This document shows, one piece after another, positions 49,260 through 60,282 of a stretch of DNA of 62,520 nt. The position numbers and the translations under genes are program-made. The DNA is from Opitutales bacterium (lineage in GTDB: Bacteria; Verrucomicrobiota; Verrucomicrobiia; Opitutales; JABSRG01), in the NCBI GenBank assembly GCA_049599475.1, contig JBMYOQ010000018.1:1-62520 (forward strand), read 5' to 3'. Each line of letters begins with the position of its first letter. The first letter of the stretch is position 1. The notes beneath the pieces were generated by a model, which was not told the DNA's origin, did no database searches, and saw only the letters and a list, made by a program, of their open reading frames with translations.

Positions 49260-49525
49260 CAATTGAAATGGCGATCGACATATTCCAAAGCATGATTCGT
49301 TTTTGTCTCATGCTGGTATCTCCTATTCTGTTGATGGCGATCGCCGTTGGAGTCGCTGTAAGTATTGTTCAGACGATTACAAGTATACAGGAACAAACAC
49401 TGACTTTTGTACCCAAACTCTTCTCGGTATCTGCCCTGGTAGCGGTATCCGCGAGTTGGTTTTTAACCAGCTTAATGGATTATACTCAAGGCTTGTTCGA
49501 ATTAATGAGTACTCTGGGAAGATGA
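49256..49525 (+). CDS. fliQ: Flagellar export gate protein
   Basis: TSIQEQTLTFVPK motif. Confidence 0.96.
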   Translation: MTIEMAIDIFQSMIRFCLMLVSPILLMAIAVGVAVSIVQTITSIQEQTLTFVPKLFSVSALVAVSASWFLTSLMDYTQGLFELMSTLGR

Positions 49526-50283
49526 TTTTCTCAATTCCAGATATAGCCTTAGGGTTTTTAGTGCTATGTAGACTCAGTCCGGTTTTCTTTCTTTTTCCAG
49601 TATTTTCTTCAAAGGTCGTTCCGAATACCATAAAAGTTGCGCTCTCATTGTTCTTTACCATGATTTTTGTGGGGGTACTTCCTTTGGAAGCTCCTAGTTT
49701 CGTGACGGCAATTTCAATCATGTTATCTGCTTTCGCTGAAGTCCTGATTGGATCATTGATCGGAATAGCCTCAAGATTGACTTTCTGGATTATTGAACTT
49801 GCGGGCTTCATCATATCTCAGGAAATGGGCTTAATGATGAGTACTGCTATGGATCCGATTACTAATCAGAACCAATCAACGATTTCCTCTCTATTGTATT
49901 ATTTAGGTATCGTAATCGTATTCGTTACTCAGACGCATCACGAGCTGATTTGGGGTTTTGCACGTTCACTAATCTATTTTCCTGTGGGAACAGAATGGTT
50001 GGAGTTTAACTCCTTGAATGATCTGATATTTGAATCGGCAAGGATGTTCCATGTTGGAGTTTTGATGGCTGCGCCATTCATCTCTATCAATATGTTGATC
50101 AACCTGACCTTTGCTATTCTTGGTCGAGCTGCTCCTAAAATGAATGTATTCATGGTGAGCTTCGCTGTAAGAATTTTGGCGGGCTTTTTCCTCTTGGTAT
50201 CTGGATGTGTACTACTGGCACACTATATCGAGCGAGAGTTAGGGCGAATCGTTCCTGTAATCGATAAATTCCTGGGAGGCTGA
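49522..50283 (+). CDS. fliR: Flagellar export gate protein
   Basis: Start ATG 49522 (ATGA overlap with fliQ); AGFIISQEMGL and RAAPKMNVF motifs. Confidence 0.94.
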   Translation: MIFSIPDIALGFLVLCRLSPVFFLFPVFSSKVVPNTIKVALSLFFTMIFVGVLPLEAPSFVTAISIMLSAFAEVLIGSLIGIASRLTFWIIELAGFIISQEMGLMMSTAMDPITNQNQSTISSLLYYLGIVIVFVTQTHHELIWGFARSLIYFPVGTEWLEFNSLNDLIFESARMFHVGVLMAAPFISINMLINLTFAILGRAAPKMNVFMVSFAVRILAGFFLLVSGCVLLAHYIERELGRIVPVIDKFLGG

Positions 50284-50287
50284 TAAA

Positions 50288-51391
50288 ATGGCTGAAGATC
50301 AGGATATGAAGACAGAGGAACCGACCGCTAAAAAGCGGTCGGAGGAGTTCGCGAAGGGAAATCTTCCGAAGGCACAGGAGATCGGTATTGTCGCCACTCT
50401 GATAACCGCTTTCATGTATATTCTGTTTAAAGCTCGAGAGCAGGCGATTCTCCTATCAGACTTTGCTAGTAATATTTTTGGCAGGCTCGGAGACACACCA
50501 CTTACCCTTGAGACAGCGATTATCGAGTTACAAAAGACAGTGGAAGTTGTAGCGGTTGTTGTCGGTCCATTTGCTACTTATTGCGTGGTTGCCGCAGTTC
50601 TTGCCAATGGAATGCAAACGCGGTTTAAACTTACCACAAAAGCCATTGAGCCCTCTATAACAAAGTTTAATCCAATCAGTGGTTTTAAGAGAATCTTTGG
50701 TAAGGAAGTATTAGTCAACTTTGGTATAGATTTTCTAAAGTTCGTAGGTGTAGGGTCGGTTCTCTACGGTCTAATTGATACGATCCTTGCCGATCCGATA
50801 TTCTATACTCCGGTACCGATCGGTCATGTCGGGACTTTTATTGCGCAAACATTCATGGACATGTTTGCTTACCTCATCGCTCTCATGATCATTATAGCGT
50901 TTCTGAATTACTTGTATCAGAAGCACAAAGTTCATGAAGGTATGAAGATGACGAAGCAAGAGGTTAAAGATGAGACCAAAAGCGCGCAAGGTGACGCAGA
51001 CATTAAGGGGCGTCAGAAACAGTTCATGCGCAAGGTTTTGCAGCAAAGCATGTTGCGTAAGGTGAATACTGCCGATCTCGTTGTTACGAACCCGACTCAC
51101 TACGCTATTGCATTGAGATATATACGTGGGCGTGACGCGGCTCCAATGGTCATTGCTAAAGGGAAAGGGCAGTTTGCTAAGCGTATTAAGGCGGAAGCGA
51201 AGAAACATGGAGTTCCAATGGTCGAAAATAGGCCGGTAGCGCGTATGCTTTTTAGTATCGGTCAAGTTGATGCACCGATACCAGCAGAATTGTATACTGT
51301 AGTAGCTGAGATTCTGGGGTATGTGTATAAGACTCACAAATATTATTTCCACGAACTTAAGAGACGCAGACAAGCGGAGGGCCTAATTTAG
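50288..51391 (+). CDS. flhB: Flagellar export switch protein
   Basis: KTEEPT, KMTKQEVKDE and the autocleavage motif NPTH. Confidence 0.96.
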   Translation: MAEDQDMKTEEPTAKKRSEEFAKGNLPKAQEIGIVATLITAFMYILFKAREQAILLSDFASNIFGRLGDTPLTLETAIIELQKTVEVVAVVVGPFATYCVVAAVLANGMQTRFKLTTKAIEPSITKFNPISGFKRIFGKEVLVNFGIDFLKFVGVGSVLYGLIDTILADPIFYTPVPIGHVGTFIAQTFMDMFAYLIALMIIIAFLNYLYQKHKVHEGMKMTKQEVKDETKSAQGDADIKGRQKQFMRKVLQQSMLRKVNTADLVVTNPTHYAIALRYIRGRDAAPMVIAKGKGQFAKRIKAEAKKHGVPMVENRPVARMLFSIGQVDAPIPAELYTVVAEILGYVYKTHKYYFHELKRRRQAEGLI

Positions 51392-51394
51392 ACT

Positions 51395-53572
51395 ATGACT
51401 GATGAGCCAAAGAAGTTCGATTTAAAGTCAATTATCCGGAATCCGGATACATTGTTCTCGATTGGCATCTGCCTTACGATCGCGCTCTTGATCCTGCCTG
51501 TGCCTCCGATTGTGATGGATATGCTTCTTGCTGTGAGCATATCTCTCGCACTCCTGATTTTGATGATCATCATCTATGTGGAGGAACCCGCATCTTTTTC
51601 TGTTTTTCCCACAATATTGCTGGCTGTTACGCTGTTTCGATTAGGGCTAAATGTTGCTACAACGCGTCTTATTTTGCTCGATGGTTATGCAGGAAGCGTA
51701 ATTGAATCGTTCGGAGAGTTTGTTGTACAAGGAAACTTCGTTGTCGGTTCGGTGGTATTCTTAATTCTGATCATCATCAATTTTATTGTGATCACTAAGG
51801 GGTCTGGTCGTATTGCGGAGGTATCTGCTCGTTTCACATTGGACGCTATGCCAGGTAAGCAGATGTCCATCGATGCGGAATTAAATGCAGGCTTGATAAC
51901 TGAAGACGTTGCGAAAATGCGCCGTGAAAAACTTCAGAAGGAAGCAGATTTTTACGGTGCGATGGACGGTGCTAGTAAGTTTGTTAGAGGTGACGCAGTT
52001 GCGGGTATTCTTATTACACTAGTGAATATTATTGGCGGTATCGTGATTGGTATGATCCAGAAAGGACTGCCTTTGATGGATTCGATCGAACGTTATACAT
52101 TACTTTCGATTGGCGATGGTCTCGTATCACAAGTGCCATCTTTGATTGTCTCGGTAGCTGCTGGTATTTTGGTGACTCGCAATTCAGGCGGTTCCAGTCT
52201 CGGCCTTTATTTGGGTCGGCAAGTGGTTATCTATCCAAAGGCTATCGCAAGTGTGGGTGGTTTGTTGTTTTTCTTCGCGATTATTCCGGGTATGCCTATC
52301 TTACCATTCATCGTAATGGCAGGTGGATGCGGCCTCCTATATCGATTTATCAAGAAAAATAATCTCGATGAGAAATACAATGATGATATCGATATCGGAT
52401 CTTCTACACCGGCGCTTCCGGGTGCGATTGAAGGTGAGGGTGTTGGAGATGGCGAGACGCCTATGCTTACCGATGCTGATCGGAAACGCGAAGAGCTCGA
52501 AAATGCGGTGCAGGTCGATATTTTTGCAATTGAGCTTGGATATGGATTATTATCCTTGGCAGATCGCAAGGCGGGTGGAGATTTGCTAGATCGTATCACG
52601 GGGACGCGGACAAACTTTGCCCGAGAAATGGGTATGATTGTAGGCGCTATTGCGGTACGTGATAACGTTGAAATCGAAGCAAATTGCTACCGCTTCATGT
52701 TGCGTGGTAAGGAAGTTGCAAGTGGCGAGATTATTCCAAACCGCTTAATGGCAATGAACGTTTCGGGTTCTCAAATAGAGCTTAAAGGTATACCTTGTGT
52801 TGAGCCGGTCTTTGGTTTGGATGCCACGTGGATCGCTGATAACGAGCGCAACCATGCGGAGATCAATGGATACACTGTGGTGGATGCTTCCTCTGTCTTG
52901 ATCACCCACTTGGCTGATATCTTGAAGGAAATGTCCCATCTGATGCTTGATCGTGAGGACGTTCAAAAACTTGTCGATAAGGCCAAGGAAACGAGTCCTA
53001 CGTTGGTGCACGAACTCTTCCCTGATCATGCAACGATTGGTCTGGTACACCGGATACTTCAGAATTTGCTGAAGGAAAAGATCCCGATTAAGAACTTTGT
53101 CCTAATACTCGAAACAATCGCGGATTTCGTTCAGATCACAAAGAATACCGATGACCTCGCTGAGCAGTGTCGAAGGAAACTTTCAATGTATTTCGTACAA
53201 AACTACGAAAATGAGGAGGGCAAAATCGTCGCGATCACATTTGATCCGAGGCTCGAGCAATTCCTCGCTTCACGTGTGCGCCGGAGTCAGTTTGAAGTCG
53301 GCCTCATGATGGATCCGAATACAACGCAACACATCGTAAGCGAACTGAATCCGCGGATTAATACGATGATCGAGCAGGGTTATCAGCCAGTGGTGATCAC
53401 GACTGTCGAGATTCGATTACCTCTCTTGCGTTTCCTCGAGCCGAATTTCCCGCGCCTCCATGTCCTCTCGTATCAAGAATTACCGCCGTCGACACAGATC
53501 GAAAACTTCGGCGTAATCACCGCACCCGTAGAGATGCTTTCAAGCGAAAGCCTCCCAGCGCCGCAGGCTTGA
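51395..53572 (+). CDS. flhA: Flagellar export apparatus protein
   Basis: RIAEVSARFTLDAMPGKQMSIDA, FYGAMDGASKFVRGDA and IGDGLVSQ motifs. Confidence 0.97.
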   Translation: MTDEPKKFDLKSIIRNPDTLFSIGICLTIALLILPVPPIVMDMLLAVSISLALLILMIIIYVEEPASFSVFPTILLAVTLFRLGLNVATTRLILLDGYAGSVIESFGEFVVQGNFVVGSVVFLILIIINFIVITKGSGRIAEVSARFTLDAMPGKQMSIDAELNAGLITEDVAKMRREKLQKEADFYGAMDGASKFVRGDAVAGILITLVNIIGGIVIGMIQKGLPLMDSIERYTLLSIGDGLVSQVPSLIVSVAAGILVTRNSGGSSLGLYLGRQVVIYPKAIASVGGLLFFFAIIPGMPILPFIVMAGGCGLLYRFIKKNNLDEKYNDDIDIGSSTPALPGAIEGEGVGDGETPMLTDADRKREELENAVQVDIFAIELGYGLLSLADRKAGGDLLDRITGTRTNFAREMGMIVGAIAVRDNVEIEANCYRFMLRGKEVASGEIIPNRLMAMNVSGSQIELKGIPCVEPVFGLDATWIADNERNHAEINGYTVVDASSVLITHLADILKEMSHLMLDREDVQKLVDKAKETSPTLVHELFPDHATIGLVHRILQNLLKEKIPIKNFVLILETIADFVQITKNTDDLAEQCRRKLSMYFVQNYENEEGKIVAITFDPRLEQFLASRVRRSQFEVGLMMDPNTTQHIVSELNPRINTMIEQGYQPVVITTVEIRLPLLRFLEPNFPRLHVLSYQELPPSTQIENFGVITAPVEMLSSESLPAPQA

Positions 53573-53607
53573 TTGGGGTAGGGCGCAGCGTCACTGTCGC
53601 CTTATTC

Positions 53608-56600
53608 CTACTTAAAGCGCTTTAGATAGGGGGCTGTGGGGCTTTCTTTTATCTGATGGATATCTTTTAGTGCGCCTTGATATAGAATCTGTCCCCCGCC
53701 GTCACCGCCGTCTGGGCCCATTTCTACGATATAGTCGGCTTCGGCGATGATGTCTAGGTGGTGCTCGATGACGATGCAAGTGTGGCCTTGATCTACGAGC
53801 CGTTGCAGGAGGTCAATGAGGCGTTCACAGTCTGCCATATGAAGCCCGATGGTGGGCTCTTCGAGAATGTATAAATTGCGAGCGGTGATGCCGCGGCTGC
53901 GTTCCTTGTAGGATAGTTGGCCTGTTGCGAGTTCTGTGACTAGTTTTAGACGCTGGGCTTCTCCGCCGGATAGTGTGGGTGAACTCTGGCCCAGTTCAAG
54001 GTAACCGAGGCCCGTCTCCACCATGAGGTCCAAAATTCCCTTTAACTGGCTGTGGAAATCGAAAAATTCAGCGGCTTCGTCAAAGGTCATTTTCAGGACG
54101 TCTGCAATGGATTTTCCATTCCACTGGATCGATTGCATTTCGTCGCCATAACGAGAGCCCTTACAGTCTTCGCACTCGACAAATTGATCTGGCATAAAGG
54201 CCATCTCCAGTTTGATCCGACCGGCACCCTTGCAGGTTTCGCAACGACCACCTTTCGTATTGAATGAAAAACTACCGGGCTTCATACCACGCATTTTCGC
54301 TTCCGGTAAATTAGCAAAGTAGTCGCGGATGATGTCGAAGGCACCGAGGTAGGTCGCAGGTGTGGAGCGCGGTGTTTTACCAATCGGGGATTGGTCTACC
54401 TCAATGACCTTTCGGAAGCGTTTCTCTCCTACGGATACGCGCTTAACGGGCAGGGCTTTGCGCGAATAAGATTCCTCTGTGGATTCTGAGATGAATGGAA
54501 TCAAATCCTCTCCGCGCATTTGAGCATTTCCTGTGTTGAGCGATGCGCTTACGGCTGAGCTGAGAAGATCGCGTATAATGGTCGATTTTCCCGCACCGGA
54601 AGGTCCACAGATAACGCTCAGGCGGTTGAGTGGTATTTCGAGACGTCCTCCTTTTAGATTCCGTATAGAAGGTTCTTCGACAAGGATCCAATCTTGGGCG
54701 GATTTGGATCGGAATGTTTTGGCTCGAGTGGGTAGGGGGCGGTAGCTTCCTTTTGAAGGGTGTTGAATGCCACTTTTCAGATACTGTGCGGTGAGGGACT
54801 TTTTATCGCTGATAACCTTTTTCGGATTGCCCTGCTGGACGATCTCTCCCCCGTGCACGCCGGCACGAGGTCCCACATCGATGAGGTTGTCCGCTGCGCG
54901 CATGGTATCATCGTCGTGTTCGACGACTAGGATGGTGTTACCCTGGTCGCGTAAGCTTTCGAGGGTATGAATGAGGCGATCATTGTCTCGGGCATGTAAG
55001 CCTATAGATGGCTCGTCCAAGACATACAGCACGCCCGATAAGTTGGAGCCTAGTTGAGCTGCTAGTCTGATGCGCTGGGCTTCTCCGCCGGATAGGGTGT
55101 TGGTGGCACGATCCAAGGATAGATAGCTCAGGCCAACGCGATCCATAAATTTGAGACGTTCTTCTACCTGAGGGAATATGTCCTTCATGATAGCCTTGCC
55201 GCGTGTATCGAGTTTTACCTTCTTGAGCGTATTTAGCAGCTCTGAAGCTGAGAGCGAAAGGATTTCTGGAAGCGAAATCGCGGAGCCATCCTTGAGGTGG
55301 AGTTTTACGGCACGGCTCACTCGGTTTATGCGCGCACCATTACACTCAGGGCATGTAGCTCCGTGGTCCACGCCTTCGATGTCTTGCGAGGCTTCGGCGA
55401 TCTGGTCCATATCGTCCTTCATCCAGTCGTAGATCCTTCCGTGCCCGCGACATGTCGGGCACCATCCCCGCGCAGAGTTCCATGAGAAATGCTTAGGGTC
55501 GAGCTCTGGGAAAGATTCTCCAGTTTCAAGGTCGGTGTTTGTCGTGGAAAACCATGACACCTGGCCATCCTTGGGGCGCAAAAGGAAGCACGCGCCTTTA
55601 CCGAGCTCCAGTCCCCGTTTGAGGGATTTTTCGAGAAAAGACTTTTCGCGTTTATTCGAGTTCTCTTGGGTGTGAACTGGGTCGGGTGTACTTCCCAAAT
55701 CCGCAATGACGATTTCGACATCGTGCTCACTGTAGCGATCCAATTTTTGGAAATCGGCGACGCGGATGAGTTGACCGTCGCATCGCATGAGAAGGAAACC
55801 CTGTTGCTCCGCCCAATTGGCAATCGGTTGATGGTGGCCCTTGCGCGCGCGAATTATTGGGGAGCATAGGTAGAGATGCTTTTCCCTCTTAAACGAATTG
55901 CTTGCGAGTAGGGCTTTGAGCTGTTTGAGCAGGTCCGTCTGGGATGCTGGTTGGATCGGACGATCTGTTGTCGGGGAGTGTTGGATACCGATACGAGCAT
56001 ACAGTAGCCTAAGATACTGGGCTACTTCTGTAATGGTCGCTACCGTTGACTTCCTCGAGCCCCGAGTGATGCGCTGTTCGATTGCCACGGTCGGTGGGAT
56101 TCCGGCTAGCGCATCGATATCGGGCTTTGGGAGCTGTTCCACAAATTGGCGGGTGTAGGAGCTCATGGTCTCCATGAAGCGCCGTTGGCCTTCCGCGAAA
56201 ATGATATCAAAGGCGAGGGTGGATTTTCCCGATCCGGATACCCCGGTGATGACATTGAGTTGGTGATGGGGGACGTCGAGGTTGACCGATTTTAAATTGT
56301 GTTCGCGGGCTCCTCGGAGGCTCACCAGTGGCTTGATGTTCCTGGGCTGTTTAAACGCGATTGGGTCTTCGGCTACCGCTAGCTCATTTTCTGGGCCAGC
56401 CATATGGTCTGCGAGATACAGCGCTGTCTGAGAGTGCGTCTTGCTGATTGCCTCGGGCGTGCCTTCTGCGACAATTTTCCCGCCTTTAATACCGGCGTCA
56501 GGCCCCATTTCTATGATCCAGTCCGCGGCGGCAAGCACATCCATTTGGTGCTCGATAACAACGAGAGAGTTTTCCTCTTCCACGAGCTTTTGGAAAACGG

Positions 56601-59229
56601 CAACGAGCTTCTTGATGTCGTCGCGGTGAAGACCTGTGGTTGGTTCGTCGAGGAGAATAAGTGCGCGCTGACTCCGGTTCTTAAAATTGGACAGATACTT
56701 AATCAGTTTAACGCGCTGGGCTTCGCCGCCAGAAAGGGTATTTAGCGGTTGTCCTAGACGCAAGTATCCTAGGCCAACATCGATCAGCGATTGAAGCGGA
56801 TAGACTATTTTGGGCTTATCTGCGAAAAAGATCACGGCTTCGTCGATTTCCATATCCAGGATATCGGCCAATGACTTTTCGTTGTATTTGATATCTAATA
56901 CGTCGGGCTTGAAGCGCTTGCCTCCGCAACTTGGGCATACGACATAGACATCGGAGAGAAACTGCATTTCGATCTTCTCGTAGCCGAGACCTGAGCAGTG
57001 ATCACAGCGGCCATTTCCGGAATTGAAGGAATAGGTAGAGGCTGTATGACCGGCTTGTTTCGCTTCGGGTAGTTTTGCAAAAAGTTCCCGGATTACGTCC
57101 CATACGTCCACGTAAAGGGCCGGATTGGAGCGCGGTGTTCGTGTAAGTGGAGTCTGATCAATCGCGACAATTTCTGAAATGCCGGGAGCCCCCTCAATTG
57201 TTGTGATTTTCGCTGGGTCTTCGGTCCCCGTGCCACGCGACTGGAGGAGGCCGGAGTAGATTCCATTATGCAAGAGTGTCGACTTCCCAGATCCAGAGAC
57301 CCCACTCAAGCAGACTAGGCGTCTCAAGGGAATCGATACATCGAGATCTTGGAGGTTGTTTTTAGTAATGCCTTTGAAATGGATATAATCGGGCGCGTGT
57401 TTCCCTTTTTTAACGACAGTGCGTCGTTGCTCCGGCAGCTCGATGTCGGACTTGCCAGAGAGGTAATTGCCGGTGGTTGTATTTCGCCTGAGTATCTGTT
57501 TGTAGCTGCCTTGAAAAATGAGCTCACCGCCCCGTCTTCCCGGCACGGGGCCGAGTTCGAGGATTTGGTCGGCCGCGCGCATCACGGCCTCATCGTGCTC
57601 GACGACCACGACTGTATTGCCCTGCGATGTGAGCCGTTTCATGATACCCACCAATCGGTTGATATCTCTGGCATGGAGCCCGATGGATGGCTCGTCCAGG
57701 ACATAGAGTGTATCGACTAATGAAGTGCCCAGGCAGGCCGTGAGGTTTACACGCTGTGTTTCTCCTCCGGAAAGGGTTCGGGAGGCGCGGTCGAGGTTGA
57801 GATAGCCGAGTCCGACTTGGTCTAAGAATTCGAGACGTGTGCGTATCGACTGAAGGGCGAGCGTCGCTTGGCTATCTGCCTCGGCTTCGGTCTCTTTTGA
57901 AATTAGGGCCAGCAGGTCAGAAATTGGCAAGGTATACAGCTCGGGAAGAGTATAGCCATTCCAAGTCCACAGTAAGCTCTCGGGCTTGAGACGTGAGCCC
58001 CCGCAGTCGGGACAGGTCACGTATGACCGAAACTTTGAGAGGAAAACCCGAACGTGCATTTTATAGGTGTTACCTTCGAGCCACTTGAAGAAACGACGGA
58101 TGCCATACCACTTGGTTTTCCATTGGCCGTCGTCTTCGACATAGCCATCGGTGCCCTCGAACACCCAGCGTTTTTCTTCCTCGGTTAAGGCGCTCCACGG
58201 GATTTTCGTGCGCACGCGCTTTTCGCGCTTATTTACGCGTTTTAAATCCCGGAGAGACTCAGAGTAGACTTCTCCCTGGAAAGGTCTAATAGCGCCCTCA
58301 TCGATGGATAGAGAGGTGTCTGGGATTATTAGGCGATCGTCGATCTCGATAATACGGCCAAACCCTCGACACCGTGGGCAAGCTCCCTGTGGGGCGTTGA
58401 AGGAAAATTGGTTGGGAGTGGCAGCACTGATCGTTTTACCGGTCGACGGGATCACGAGATTCTCGCGAAAGGTGTGGAGAGGCGTTCCCGTCGAATCGGT
58501 GAGGAGGCACTCACCATTTCCGTATTTGAATGCTGTGGTGACAGCCTCGATGAGACGGTTTCGGGAGGCCTTGTCGTCTTTAATAGAAATGCGGTCCTGC
58601 GCTACGAAGAGAGTGTCTTCCTCCGGGTTCGGGAAGGTTTCAGTGCCTTCGATGCGCGTGTATCCGTTGCTTTGATTCCAAGAGGCTCGGGAATACCCCT
58701 GAGCTTTCAGCGAGGTGAATATTTCGCTCCATTCTATCTTCTCAGGGCGTTTAATTGCAAACGCGACAACGAGAGTTTTCCCGCCAAATTCTGCTTTCGC
58801 AGTTTTCCAGGCAGATTGGGGCGAGTCCGCGTGGACGGGATTACCCGTCTTGGGATCGATCAGTTGAGCTACGTGAGAGAACCAGACTTTGAAAAAATCG
58901 GTCAGCTCCGTCATCGTACCCACTGTCGAGCGCGAGGTGCGGATATTGTTGCGCTGCTCGATGGCGATGGATGGGCGAATATTTTCGATGCTTTCAACAT
59001 CCGGTCGGTCCAATAGATCCATGAACTGACGTGTGTACGGGCTAAACGTCTCGACGTAGCGTCGTTGGCCCTCGGCGTGAAGCGTATCGAATACGAGTGA
59101 GGATTTACCCGTTCCGCTCAGTCCGGTGACGACGATGAGTTTTCCCAAAGGTATATCGAGATCGAATCCCTTGAGGTTGTTTTGTCGGATACCGCGAAGG
59201 CGGATTGCAGCAGGAGCGGAGGCTTTCAT
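53608..59229 (-). CDS. uvrA: Excinuclease ABC subunit A, tandem double-length form
   Basis: Four Walker A motifs (GLSGTGKS, GVSGSGKS x2, GPSGAGKS), four LSGGE signatures and repeated Zn fingers; likely start ATG 59229. Confidence 0.95.
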   Translation of the reverse strand: MKASAPAAIRLRGIRQNNLKGFDLDIPLGKLIVVTGLSGTGKSSLVFDTLHAEGQRRYVETFSPYTRQFMDLLDRPDVESIENIRPSIAIEQRNNIRTSRSTVGTMTELTDFFKVWFSHVAQLIDPKTGNPVHADSPQSAWKTAKAEFGGKTLVVAFAIKRPEKIEWSEIFTSLKAQGYSRASWNQSNGYTRIEGTETFPNPEEDTLFVAQDRISIKDDKASRNRLIEAVTTAFKYGNGECLLTDSTGTPLHTFRENLVIPSTGKTISAATPNQFSFNAPQGACPRCRGFGRIIEIDDRLIIPDTSLSIDEGAIRPFQGEVYSESLRDLKRVNKREKRVRTKIPWSALTEEEKRWVFEGTDGYVEDDGQWKTKWYGIRRFFKWLEGNTYKMHVRVFLSKFRSYVTCPDCGGSRLKPESLLWTWNGYTLPELYTLPISDLLALISKETEAEADSQATLALQSIRTRLEFLDQVGLGYLNLDRASRTLSGGETQRVNLTACLGTSLVDTLYVLDEPSIGLHARDINRLVGIMKRLTSQGNTVVVVEHDEAVMRAADQILELGPVPGRRGGELIFQGSYKQILRRNTTTGNYLSGKSDIELPEQRRTVVKKGKHAPDYIHFKGITKNNLQDLDVSIPLRRLVCLSGVSGSGKSTLLHNGIYSGLLQSRGTGTEDPAKITTIEGAPGISEIVAIDQTPLTRTPRSNPALYVDVWDVIRELFAKLPEAKQAGHTASTYSFNSGNGRCDHCSGLGYEKIEMQFLSDVYVVCPSCGGKRFKPDVLDIKYNEKSLADILDMEIDEAVIFFADKPKIVYPLQSLIDVGLGYLRLGQPLNTLSGGEAQRVKLIKYLSNFKNRSQRALILLDEPTTGLHRDDIKKLVAVFQKLVEEENSLVVIEHQMDVLAAADWIIEMGPDAGIKGGKIVAEGTPEAISKTHSQTALYLADHMAGPENELAVAEDPIAFKQPRNIKPLVSLRGAREHNLKSVNLDVPHHQLNVITGVSGSGKSTLAFDIIFAEGQRRFMETMSSYTRQFVEQLPKPDIDALAGIPPTVAIEQRITRGSRKSTVATITEVAQYLRLLYARIGIQHSPTTDRPIQPASQTDLLKQLKALLASNSFKREKHLYLCSPIIRARKGHHQPIANWAEQQGFLLMRCDGQLIRVADFQKLDRYSEHDVEIVIADLGSTPDPVHTQENSNKREKSFLEKSLKRGLELGKGACFLLRPKDGQVSWFSTTNTDLETGESFPELDPKHFSWNSARGWCPTCRGHGRIYDWMKDDMDQIAEASQDIEGVDHGATCPECNGARINRVSRAVKLHLKDGSAISLPEILSLSASELLNTLKKVKLDTRGKAIMKDIFPQVEERLKFMDRVGLSYLSLDRATNTLSGGEAQRIRLAAQLGSNLSGVLYVLDEPSIGLHARDNDRLIHTLESLRDQGNTILVVEHDDDTMRAADNLIDVGPRAGVHGGEIVQQGNPKKVISDKKSLTAQYLKSGIQHPSKGSYRPLPTRAKTFRSKSAQDWILVEEPSIRNLKGGRLEIPLNRLSVICGPSGAGKSTIIRDLLSSAVSASLNTGNAQMRGEDLIPFISESTEESYSRKALPVKRVSVGEKRFRKVIEVDQSPIGKTPRSTPATYLGAFDIIRDYFANLPEAKMRGMKPGSFSFNTKGGRCETCKGAGRIKLEMAFMPDQFVECEDCKGSRYGDEMQSIQWNGKSIADVLKMTFDEAAEFFDFHSQLKGILDLMVETGLGYLELGQSSPTLSGGEAQRLKLVTELATGQLSYKERSRGITARNLYILEEPTIGLHMADCERLIDLLQRLVDQGHTCIVIEHHLDIIAEADYIVEMGPDGGDGGGQILYQGALKDIHQIKESPTAPYLKRFK

Positions 59230-59288
59230 GAAAAGAGGAGTGTGACTGAATTTTTGTTCAGTATAAATTAAGGCCGATGGCAAACCAT

Positions 59289-59325
59289 AAAAAAGGCCTG
59301 CTCGAAATTGTAACGAGCAAGCCTT
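59289..59325 (-). terminator. Intrinsic terminator after trxB
   Basis: aaggcctgctcg-N9-cgagcaagcctt stem followed by a T run on the minus strand. Confidence 0.7.
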
Positions 59326-59349
59326 GTGTTTTCAAATGAGTGGGAGTGT

Positions 59350-60282
59350 CTACTCTTGGTCGGCAAGCCAACGCTCAGCTTCGATCGCGGCCTGGCAGCC
59401 CATCCCTGCGGCAGTGATTGCCTGGCGGTAGACGTGGTCTGCACAGTCGCCGGCAACATACACCCCTTCGATCTCGGTCTTGACCTGGCTTCCGGTCTCG
59501 GGAACGAGGTATCCGTTTTCATCGGTCTTCAACACGTCTTGCACGAAGTCCACATTTGGAATGTGGCCAATCGCGATGAACACACCCTTACAAGGCACTT
59601 CGCTGACGGCGTCGGTCTTGGTGTTTTTGATAGTGATGCCCTTTGTGAAGCCCTGATCATCGGCTACGACTTCCGTTGGCACCGAGTCCCAAAGAATTTC
59701 GATCTTTTCGTGAGCCTTTGCGCGGTCGCCCATGATCTTCGAAGCGCGAAAATCATCGCGGCGGTGGATCATGATGACCTTTGAAGCAAAGCGTGTAAGG
59801 AAGAGGGCCTCTTCACAAGCGGAGTCGCCGCCGCCGATGACGACCACATCCATGTTGCGGTAGAAAGCTCCATCACAGGTAGCACAGGTCGTTACACCCT
59901 TACCGCCATACATTTCCTTTTCGCCCGGGATGTCGAGAAGGCGAGGGCGTGCTCCAGTCGCAATGATGATAGATTTTGCCTCGTAGGTCTTTCCTGACTG
60001 CGCGACCAATTTCTTCACGGGCCCTGTGAAATCGACACTTTCGATCAGGTCGTTGGCGAAGCGGGCCTCGAAACGGGCTGCTTGCTTGCGGAGGTTGTCC
60101 ATCATCATGAACCCATCGATGCCTTCCGGGAAGCCTGGGAAGTTCTCCACCTCGCTTGTCGTGGTGAGCTGTCCTCCAGGCTGTGAGCCTTCGATCACGA
60201 GGGGATTCAAATTAGCGCGGCCGGTATAAATCGCGGCGGTGAGTCCTGCGCAACCGGTTCCAAGTATGATGACGTTTTCCAT
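59350..60282 (-). CDS. trxB: Thioredoxin-disulfide reductase
   Basis: [19 protein letters not shown] and YRQAITAAG motifs. Confidence 0.97.
   Translation of the reverse strand: MENVIILGTGCAGLTAAIYTGRANLNPLVIEGSQPGGQLTTTSEVENFPGFPEGIDGFMMMDNLRKQAARFEARFANDLIESVDFTGPVKKLVAQSGKTYEAKSIIIATGARPRLLDIPGEKEMYGGKGVTTCATCDGAFYRNMDVVVIGGGDSACEEALFLTRFASKVIMIHRRDDFRASKIMGDRAKAHEKIEILWDSVPTEVVADDQGFTKGITIKNTKTDAVSEVPCKGVFIAIGHIPNVDFVQDVLKTDENGYLVPETGSQVKTEIEGVYVAGDCADHVYRQAITAAGMGCQAAIEAERWLADQE

Noticed and set aside
35857..53572. Non-flagellar type III injectisome
   Set aside because: Rod, hook, hook-cap, FliG/M/N and FliL genes identify it as flagellar.
53608..60282. Long antisense ORFs over uvrA/trxB (e.g. 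58408..59016, 59326..59784) and similar ones over fliI and flhB
   Set aside because: Shadow frames of well-conserved genes with no recognisable motifs.
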